The position numbers were made by a program, and so were the translations under genes. Positions 1 through 9,900 of a DNA stretch of 64,000 nt are shown one piece after another. A model generated the notes under the pieces. It made no database searches. It was not told the DNA's origin and worked only from the letters and a program-made list of their open reading frames with translations. Every line of letters starts with the position of its first letter. Position 1 is the stretch's first letter. The stretch spans positions 3,164,001-3,228,000 of the forward strand of contig CM075996.1 of assembly GCA_038087875.1 (NCBI GenBank). The letters are read 5' to 3'. The stretch comes from Malacoraja senta (lineage: Eukaryota).

Positions 1-109
1 TACAGGTGTTGAGTCTTTAAACTCCTGCTGAGATTGTGGTCCAATCAGTCGTCATACTGTTTCAAAGCAGAAACACAAAATTCTCCTATTCAATAGGATC
101 ACACGATGT

Positions 110-147
110 ACACACACACATGCACACACACACACACACACACACAC
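110..147 (+). repeat. (CA)n microsatellite
   Basis: Seen directly in the sequence. Confidence 0.9.
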
Positions 148-384
148 TGTGTATCATTGATGTTCAATGATACATCATTGAATGATACACCAACATCATT
201 GATGTTCAATGATACACAAGACTGCCCCCCACTGTCACTGTTTTTAAACAGGTCCGACAAAGTTCGATTCAGATTCAGGTTCGATTATTTTCATGTATCC
301 CTGTGTGCAATGAAACTCATTGCTTTGCATGAAGCTGCAGAGTAAGCAGCATTCATGATAAGACACAAAGCACTGGGTCGATTT

Positions 385-680
385 TAGTTTTAGCTTTGGA
401 GATACAGCATGGAAACAGGCCCTTCAGCCCACCGGATCCGCGCCGACCAGCGATCCCCGCACATTAACACTATCCTACACCAACTAGGGACCTTTTTTTT
501 TTAACATTTACCAAGCCAATTAACATACAAACCTGTACCTCTTTGGAACGTGGGAGGAAACCGAAGATCTCGGAGAAAACCCACGCAGGTAACGGGGAGA
601 ACATACAAACTCCGTACAGAAAGCACCTGTAATCGGGATCCCCGGCGCTGCATTTGCTGTAAGGCAGCAACTCTACCGTA
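385..680 (-). mobile_element. HE1-type tRNA-derived V-SINE
   Basis: V-domain GGAGTTTGTATGTTCTCCCCGT...GGTTTCCTCCCAC; CR1-like tail GGGCCTGTTTCC..(CTAAA)n. Confidence 0.8.
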
Positions 681-697
681 ACTGCTTGTATCAGGTT

Positions 698-1023
698 TTA
701 CACCGACTCCAAAGATTGGTCGTAAAAGTCCCAGAATGTCTCGTCCTTTTTCTCATCCCGACCAGCTGTGGTTTTGTTTTCCTCTTCGCGCTCCAGAAAC
801 AGCGCGGCCTGTGGGTTAGCGTCTGGCCTGTTGGTCTTCGGGACCGTTGTCGGTGGCTCTGCAGCGGCTTTCTTCCGTTGACATGGCTGCTCCGTCGTGC
901 CTGCCTTCACGCGGGGCTTGCTGAGCTGGGGACAGTCCCGCGTGTACTTGGGCTGCTCTTCCGCGTAAAGCTGGAGGTTTCTTGACAACCTTTGGCGGGC
1001 CAGCGGTGTGTCGCTCCGGGCAC
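698..1023 (-). CDS. Unassigned putative terminal coding exon (GARSDTPLARQRLSRNLQLYAEEQPKY...KKDETFWDFYDQSLESV*)
   Basis: GC-rich unique island between repeats; acceptor TCTGCTGTTTCAAG at 1024; open 108 codons in phase 1 to TAA at 700-698. Confidence 0.45.
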
Positions 1024-1063
1024 CTTGAAACAGCAGATAAACTGGTAGTGAACGTGAAATATC

Positions 1064-1527
1064 ATAGAAACATAGAAACAGAAAATAGGTGCAGGAGTAG
1101 GCCATTCGGCCCTTCGAGCCTGCACCGCCATTCAATATGATCATGGCTGATCATCCAACTCAGTATCCTGTACCTGCCTTCTCTCCATACCCCCTGATCC
1201 CTTTAGCCACAAGGGCCACATCTAACTCCCTCTTAAATATAGCCAATGAACTGGCCTCGACTACTTTCTGTGGCAAAAAATTCCACAAATTCACCACTCT
1301 GTGTGGAAAAAAAAATTCTCATCTCGGTCCTAAAAGACTTCCCCCTTATCCTTCAACTGTGACCTCTTGTTCTGGACTTCCCCAACATCGGGAACAATTT
1401 CCCTGCATCTAGCCTGTCCAACCCCTAAATATTGTTGTAAGTTTCTATAAGATCCCCCCTCAATCTTCTAAATTCTAGCGAGTACAAGCCGAGTCTATCC
1501 AGTCTTTCTTCATATGAAAGTCCTGCC
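1064..1527 (-). mobile_element. CR1 3' fragment, same subfamily as 6521-9700
   Basis: Highly similar to about 6537-6990, including the tail. Confidence 0.9.
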
Positions 1528-1751
1528 GTCTCCGTGCCAGCCCACCGTCAACACACCTCCTCAACCAGATGTTGACCCCCATCTCCATAAGGAGTCGTCA
1601 CCCAGGGGACTTTCATCTGAATTTATGTCCCACTCCAGAGGTTTGAGAACGGAATAACGCAAGGGGTCTTCCTGAGGGTGTGTTGCAATGTCAAGAGACG
1701 TTGCCTTTAGTGTGAACTAAAACTGCACTCTCCAGTAGATGTTAAAGGATG

Positions 1752-2127
1752 TTACAAAATTCTTAAGGGGTTGGACAAGCTAGATGCAAGAAGATTGTTC
1801 CCGATTTTGGGGAAGTCCAGAACAAGCGGTCACAGTTTAAGGATTAGGGGGAAGTCTTTTAGGACCGAGATGAGGAGAAAAAAATTCACACAGAGAGTGG
1901 TGAATCTGTGGAATTCTCTGCCACAGAAAGTAGTTGAGGCCAGTTCATTGGCTATATTTAAGAGGGAGTTAGATGTGGCCCTTGTGGCTAAAGGGATCAG
2001 GGGGTATAGAGAGAAGGCAGGTACAGGATACTGAGTTGGATGATCAGCCATGATCATATTGAATGGCGGTGCAGGCTCGAAGGGCCGAATGGCCTACTCC
2101 TGCACCTATTTTCTGTTTCTATGTTTA
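1752..2127 (+). mobile_element. CR1 3' fragment
   Basis: ORF 1771..2034 matches the ORF2 C-terminus; 3'UTR present. Confidence 0.9.
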
Positions 2128-2420
2128 AGGGCAGCACAGTGGCAGAGTTGCTGCCTCACAGCGCCAGAGACCTCAGTTCGATCCTGACTACAGGTGCTGT
2201 CTGTACGGAGTTTGTATGTTCTCCCTGTGACCGCATGGTTTTCACCGGGTGCTCCGGTTTCGTCCCACACTCCAAAGACGTGTAGGTTTGTGGGTCTGAT
2301 GGTTTCTGTAAATTGTAATAATTATCCCTACATGGTGGGATAGTGCTAGTGTTCGGAGTGTTCGCTGGTCGGCGCGGACTCAGTGGGCCAAAGGGCCTGT
2401 TTCCACTCCATATCTCTGAA
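2128..2420 (+). mobile_element. HE1-type V-SINE
   Basis: tRNA-like head (GGCAGCACAGTGG...GTTCGATCC), V-domain, tail. Confidence 0.8.
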
Positions 2421-3351
2421 GTTATGATGGACACACGATACTGCACTCCACTTACCTTCTATCATCACCTTCTGCTTCTTACCATCAAGCTAATTACGTA
2501 TCCAGTTATCTAGCTCTCGCTGGATCCCATGTGATCTAACCTTAAGGGCCGCCAACTTTCAAAATTGAGCAAAGGCCTTGCTGTCCATATACTCAGTGTC
2601 TACTGTCCTGCCCTCCTCAACTTTTTCAAAATACTCAAAGCCATGAGATCCGATCCCCTACACACTAAATGTGTAGGAAGGAATTGCAGATGCTGGTTTA
2701 AACCAAAGACAGAGACAAAAAGCTGGAGTAACTCAGCAGGACAGGCAGCATCTCTGGAGAAGAGGATTAGATAACGTTTTGGGTCGAGATTCTTCTTCAG
2801 ACTGTCTCAACCCGAAATATCTCCTGTCCCTTTTCTCCAAAGATGCTGTCTGACCCGCTGAGTTACTGCAGCTTTTCGTGTCTATCTTGTGACTAGAGGT
2901 CATAGCCTCAGAATTAAAGGACGTTCTTTTCGGAAGATGAGGAGGAATTTATTTAGTCATAGGATGGTGAATCTGTGGAATTCTTTGCCACATAAGGCTG
3001 TGGAGGCTGTCAGTGGATATATTTCAGGCAGATATAGATTGATTTTTGATTAGTACGGGTGTCAGAGGTTATGGGGAGAAGGCAGGAGTATAGGGTTAGG
3101 AGGGAGAGATGGATCACCCATCATTGCATGACAGAGTGGGCTTGATGGGCCGAATGGCCTAATTCTGCTCCTAATACTTATGACCTTATAAACGAGGTTC
3201 AGGGGGAAATTCACCTCAGCTCGTGACTTTGGCTCACACGCCGTTCCCTGCCGGCTCTTACTTAAAACCGTACTCATTCAAAATATTTTATTACTATGCG
3301 AGACTATACCCCAGGAATTTTATACTTTCCACACAAAGGACTAAAGATGAT

Positions 3352-3357
3352 TTTATT
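3352..3357 (-). terminator. Polyadenylation signal AATAAA of the TEX33-like gene
   Basis: tttatt on + strand, 30 nt after the stop; a second copy at 3287-3292. Confidence 0.55.
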
Positions 3358-3386
3358 TCATTGTTTTAATATCCTCAATGGCGCTA

Positions 3387-3466
3387 TTAAAGGTCCGATT
3401 TTTTCTCCAGCTCTGCTAACGCTTTCTTGACTCTCTGGTGAATGACGTTCATGGCAATCCAGTGAC
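3387..3466 (-). CDS. TEX33: TEX33-like last exon (SHWIAMNVIHQRVKKALAELEKKSDL*)
   Basis: CTTTTAG acceptor, phase 1, TAA at 3389-3387, AATAAA 30 nt downstream. Confidence 0.85.
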
Positions 3467-3956
3467 CTAAAAGATGGCACACAACCTTGCTAGTATCAGG
3501 GCTTAAACTTGCAATTAAACTATCTTGATCAAACTATACAGGTAGTCTTTGGGTTACGGGACGATTCAGCTCCCGAGAAACAGGGCGGCACGGTGGCGCA
3601 GCCATCATATATATTCTCTCTCTGCCCTCTCTCTCTACCCCCCTCCCTCTCCCTCTCTAGCCGCACCTGCGAGTTGGGGGTATAGGGCGGGGGATGGGGT
3701 AAAAGGAGCGAATGAATAATATTAATATAATATCAAGAGGGGTGGTTAGTGTGTGTGGGGGTGGTTAGTGTGTGTGGGGGTGGTTAGTGTGTGTGTGTGG
3801 GGGTGGTGGTTAGTGTGTGCGGGGGTGGTTAGTGTGTGTGTGTGTGGGGGTGGTTAGTGTGTGTGTGGGGTGGTTAGTGTGTGTGTGTGGTGGTTAGTGT
3901 GTGTGGGGGGTGGTTAGTGTGTGTGGGGGTGGTTAGTGTGTGTGTGTGTGGAGTGG

Positions 3957-3990
<34 letters not shown>

Positions 3991-6900
3991 GTGGTTAGTG
4001 TGTGTGTGGGGGGGGGGTGGTGGTTAGTGTGTGTGGGGTGGTTAGTGTGTGTGTGGGGGTGGTTAGTGTGTGTGTGGGGTGGTTAGTGTGTGTGTGTGGT
4101 GGTTAGTGTGTGTGTGTGGGGGGTGGTTAGTGTGTGTGGGGGTGGTTAGTGTGTGTGTGTGTGTGTGGGGTGGTTAGTGTGTGTGTGTGGGGTGGTTAGT
4201 GTGTGTGTGGGGTGGTTAGTGTGTGTGTGTGTGTGTGTGTGGGGGTGGTGGTTAGTGTGTGTGTGGGGGGTGGTTAGTGTGTGTGTGGGGTGGTTAGTGT
4301 GTGTGGGGGTGGTTAGTGTGTGTGTGGGGTGGTTAGTGTGTGTGAGGGTGGTTAGTGTGTGTGTGGGGGGGTGGTTAGTGTGTGTGTGGTAAGTGTGTGG
4401 GGTGTGTGTGTGTGTGTGGGGTGGTGGTTAGTGTGTGTGTGGGGGGTTAGTGTGTGTGTGGGGTGGTTAGTGTGTGTGGGGATGGTTAGTGTGTGTGTGG
4501 GGTGGTTAGTGTGTGTGGGGGTGGTTAGTGTGTGTGTGGGGGGTGGTTAGTGTGTGTGTGGGGTGGTTAGTGTGTGTGGGGGTGGTTAGTGTGTGTGTGG
4601 GGTGGTTAGTGTATGTGGGGGGGGGTGGTTAGTGTGTGTAGGGGTGGTGGTTAGTGTGTGTGTGGGGGGTGGTTAGTGTGTGTGTGGTTAGTGTGTGTGG
4701 GGGGTGGTTAGTGTGTGTGTGTGTGGGGGGGTGGTTAGTGTGTGTGTGTGTGGGGGGGTTAGTGTGTGTGGGGGGGGGTTAGTGTGTGTGTGTGTGGGGG
4801 GGGTTAGTGTGTGTGTGTGTGTGTGGGGTGGTTAGTGTGTATGTGGGGGGGGTGGTTAGTGTGTGTAGGGGTGGTGGTTAGTGTGTGTGTGGGGGTGGTT
4901 AGTGTGTGTGGGGGGGTGGTTAGTGTGTGTGTGGGGGTTGGTTAGTGTATCAGGCAAAAGCGAGTGAAGTGTGAAAAAGCACACTACCAGATTCAGGGAC
5001 AGTTTCTTCCCAGCAGTTATCAGGCAACTGAATCCTTCCACAGCCAGAGAGGAGTGCTGCACTGCTATCTACCTCTTTGGTGACCCTCGGACAATCCTCG
5101 ATCGGACATTGCTGGCTTTACCTTGCACTAAACGTTATTCTATTATCTTGTTTCTGTACGCTGTAAGTAGATCGATTGTAATCATGTATTGTCTTTCTGC
5201 TGACTGGATAGCACGCAACAAAAAAAGCTTTTCACTGTACCTCGGTACACGGGGCAATAAACTCAACTGAAACTGATTTCTCCTTCCATCCCACCACCCC
5301 CGTCAGCTTTCTCCCCCATCAGCTTCCGGCAGATCTGAGAGGGGTTGGAAAGCGGGCAAGGACGGGCGCAAGGCAAGGTATACAAGTGCCGTACTCAGAT
5401 CGTCCGACGTCCGGCCGTGCCAGTGTTTGGGGTCCCGTCGATAGCGCTCAAACACCTCCTTGGTGTAGGTGGAATGGGCCTCGCTCTTCAGGAGCCCGAG
5501 TAACCTGGCGTCACAACAACACAGGCATCCACGTCAGTCCGCACTCCCTTGCGCAAGGATGGTTCTCACACATAATAAAGCCTCACAGAGTCATAGAGTG
5601 ATACAGTGTGGAAACATGCCCTTCGGCCCAACTTGCCCACACCGGCCAACATGTCCCATCTACGGGTCGGGTACGTTTCGGCGTCGCCGTTTCGGCGCCT
5701 CCGTTTATAATATCTGTACTCATCAAAACCCTAACCCTAACCCTAACCCTAACCCTAACCCCCCCCCCCCCCGAAACGGCGGGGCCGAATGGTACCATTC
5801 CGCCCATCTACATGTCCTACCTGCCCATGTTTGACCCATATCCCTCCAAACCCATCCTATCCATGCACCTGTCTGACTGTTTTTTTCACTTTTGGGATTG
5901 TCCCTGCCACAACTACCTCCTCTGGCAGCTTGTTCCATACACCCACCACCCTTTGTGTGAAAAAGTTACCCCTCAGATTCCTATTAAATATTTTCCCCTT
6001 CATCTTAAACCTTTGTCCTCTGGTCCTCGGTTCGCCTACTCTGGGCAAGAGACTCTGTGCGTCTCCCCGATCTATCCCTCCTTCCAAAGCGACAGCCCGA
6101 TTAATTCATCAGAAGTTCATCCAAATTAAAATGTTCGGCCCAGAATGGCCTGGCCCTGGCCGGGGATAGTTTTTCTGACCTGTATGCTCCTCCATTGACG
6201 CTGCCTGACCTGCTGAGTATTTCCCTCTTTTCCCTTTTCACCGTCGTATTAACATGTTTCCATCTATCTGAATAAAAATGACACCTGCTGGTATTATACC
6301 AGCTGGTTTTAATGTCAATATACTTGCAGGTTTTAATATACCTGTAGATTTTGTCAATATATCTTCTTTTAAGGTCAACAAAACTGCTGGTTTTAGGGTC
6401 AATATACATGCTGGTTTTGAGGTCAATATATTTGCTGGTTTTAATATGCCCACTGATTTTAAGGACAAGATACCTGTGGTGTTATGGTCAATATATGCTG
6501 CTGGTGTTAAGGACAATGTACATAGATACATAGATACATAGAAAATAGGTGCAGGAGTAGGCCATTCGGCCCTTCGAGCCTGCACCGCCATTCAATACGA
6601 TCATGGCTGATCATCCAACTCAGTATCCCATACCTGCCTTCTCTCCATACCCCCTGATCCCTTTAGCCACAAGGGCCACATCTAATTCCCTCTTAAATAT
6701 AGCCAATGAACTGGCCTCAACTACCCTCTGTGGCAGAGAGTTCCAGAGATTCACCACTCTCTGTGTGAAAAAGTTTTTCCTCATCTCGGTCTTAAAGGAT
6801 TTCCCCCTTATCCTTAAGCTGTGACCCCTTGTCCTGGACTTCCCCAACATCGGGAACAATCTTCCTGCATCTAGCCTGTCCAACCCCATAAGAATTTTGT

Positions 6901-9900
6901 ACGTTTCTATAAGATCCCCTCTCAATCTCCTAAATTCTAGCGAGTATAAGCCAAGTCTATCCAGTCTTTCTTCATATGAAAGTCCTGACATCCCAGGAAT
7001 CAGTCTGGTGAACCTTCTCTGCACTCCCTCTATGGCTATAATGTCCTTCCTCAGATTTGGAGACCAAAACTGTACGCAATACTCCAGGTGTGGTCTCACC
7101 AAGACCCTGTACAACTGCAGTAGAACCTCCCTACTCCTATACTCAAATCCTCTTGCTATGAAGGCCAACATACCATTCGCTTTCTTCACTGCCTGCTGCA
7201 CCTGCATGCCTACTTTCAATGACTGGTGTACCATGACACCCAGGTCTCGCTGCATCTCCCCATTTCCTAATCGGCCACCATTTAGATAATAGTCTGCCTT
7301 CCCGTTTTTGCTACCAAAGTGGATAACCTCACATTTATCCACATTATACTGCATCTGCCAAACATTTGCCCACTCACCCAGCCTATCCAAGTCACCTTGC
7401 AGTCTCCTAGCATCCTCCTCACAGCTAACACTGCCCCCCAGCTTAGTGTCATCCGCAAACTTGGAGATGTTGCTTTCAATTCCCTCGTCCAGATCATTAA
7501 TATAAATTGTAAATAGCTGGGGTCCCAGCACTGAGCCTTGCGGTACCCCACTAGTCACTGCCTGCCATTGTGAAAAGGACCCGTTTACTCCTACTCTTTG
7601 CTTCCTGTTTGCCAGCCAGTTCTCTATCCACATCAATACTGAACCCCCAATACCGTGTGATTTAAGTTTGTATCCTAATCTCTTATGTGGTACCTTGTCG
7701 AAAGCCTTCTGAAAGTCCAGATACAACACATCCACTGGTTCTCCCCTATCCACTCTACTAGTTACATCCTCGAAAAATTCTATAAGATTCGTCAGACACG
7801 ATTTACCTTTCGTAAATCCATGCTGACTTTGTCCAATGATTTCACCACTTTCCAAATGTGCTGCTATCCCATCTTTAATAACTGACTCTAGCAGTTTCCC
7901 CACTACCGATGTTAGACTAACTGGTCTGTAATTCCCCGTTTTCTCTCTCCCTCCCTTCTTAAAAAGTGGGGTTACGTTTGCTACCCTCCAATCCTCAGGA
8001 ACTACTCCAGAATCTAAAGAGTTTTGAAAAATTATCACTAATGCATCCACTATTTCTGGAGCTACTTCCTTAAGTACTCTGGGATGCAGCCTATCTGGCC
8101 CTGGTGATTTATCGGCCTTTAATCCATTCAATTTACCCAACACCACTTCCCGACTAACCTGGATTTCACTCAGTTCCTCCATCTCCTTTGACCCGCGGCC
8201 CCCTGCTATTTCCGGCAGATTATTTATGTCTTCCTTAGTGAAGACGGAACCAAAGTAGTTATTCAATTGGTCTGCCATATCCTTGTTCCCCATGATCAAT
8301 TCACCTGTTTCTGACTGCAAGGGACCTATATTTGATTTAACTAATCTCTTTCTCTTCACATATCTATAAAAACTTTTGCAGTCAGTTTTTATGTTCCCTG
8401 CCAGTTTCCTTTCATAATCTATTTTCCCTTTCCTAATTAAGCCCTTTGTCCTCCTCTGCTGGTCTCTGAATTTCTCCCAGTCCTCTGGTATGCTGCTTTT
8501 TCTGGCTAATTTGTACGCATCATCTTTTGCTTTGATACTATCCCTGATTTCCCTTGTTATCCACGGATGCACTACCTTCCTTGATTTATTCTTTTGCCAA
8601 ACTGGGATGAACAATTTTTGTAGTTCATCCATGCAGTCTTTAAATGCCTTCCATTGCATATCCACCGTCAACCCTTTTAGAACTAATTGCCAGTCAATCT
8701 TGGCCAATTCACGTCTCATACCCTCAAAGTTACCTTTCTTTAAGTTCAGAACCGTTGTTTCTGAATTAACAATGTCACTCTCCATCCTAATGAAGAACTC
8801 AACCATATTATGATCACTCTTGCCCAAGGGGGCACGCACAACAAGTCTGCTAACTAACCCTTCCTCATTACTCAATACCCAGTCTAGAATAGCCTGCTCT
8901 CTCGTTGGTTCCTCTACATGTTGGTTTAGATAACTATCCCTCATACATTCCAAGAAATCCTCTTCCTCAGCACCCCTGCCAATTTGATTCACCCAATCTA
9001 TATGTAGATTGAAGTCACCCATTATAACTGTTTTGCCTTTGTTGCACGCATTTCTAATTTCCTGTTTGATGCCATCCCCAACTTCACTACTACTGCTAGG
9101 TGGCCTGTACACAACACCCACCAGCGTTTTCTGCCCCTTAGTGTTTCGCAGCTCTACCCATACCGATTCCACATCCTCCAAGCTAATGTCCTTCCTTTCC
9201 ACTGCGTTAATCTCCTCTCTAACCAGCAACGCTACCCCACCTCCTTTTCCTTTCTCTCTATCCCTCCTGAATATTGAATATCCCTGGATGTTCAGCTCCC
9301 AGCCTTGGTCACCTTGGAGCCATGTCTCCGTGATCCCAACTATATCATAATCATTAATTGCTATCTGCACGTTCAACTCATCCACCTTATTACGAATGCT
9401 CCTTGCATTGAGACACAAAGCCTTCAGGCTTGTTTTTACAACGCTCTTACCCTTATACAATTATGTTGAAAAGTGGCTCTTTTTGATTTTTGCCCTGGAT
9501 TTGTCTGCCTGCCACTTTTACCTTTCACCTTGCTACCTATTGCTTCCACCCGCATTTTACACCCCTCTGTTTCTCTGCTCACCCATTTAAGAACCCCACC
9601 ACCTCTTATTCTCTGTTTATTATTGTTTTCTTCTTTCCCCCCTACATGTTGGGTCTGAGTGCTTTCCTTCTCTGCCTCCTGCCTCACACACTGTCTAATA
9701 GCATTCTCTATTTGAGTACCTACTGGTTTTAATATTTCTGCTGGTATTAAGCATAATATTCCTGCTGTTTTAAACTACTTGCTGGCACTATACCTGATGG
9801 TTTTACAGTTAATAGACACACTGGTTTTAAGTACTTGACTTTATAGAAACATAGAAACATAGAAAATAGGTGCAGGAGTAGGCCATTCGGCCCTTCGAGC

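Noticed and set aside
2456..2640. Apparent exon with a strong GTAAGT donor at 2455
   Set aside because: Translates as a decayed CR1 RT segment (HGIQRELDNWIRN*LDGKKQKVMIEG) with a stop; kept only as a possible exonised donor.
4153..4550. Val/Cys/Gly/Trp-rich ORFs
   Set aside because: Translations of the GGTTAG/GT satellite.
5608..6129. 173-aa ORF containing LTLTLT
   Set aside because: Antisense CR1 fragment plus the (CCCTAA)n insert; not a gene.
6238..6591. ORFs with repeated ILKPA motifs
   Set aside because: Read-through of the minisatellite and CR1 tail; no splice or homology support.
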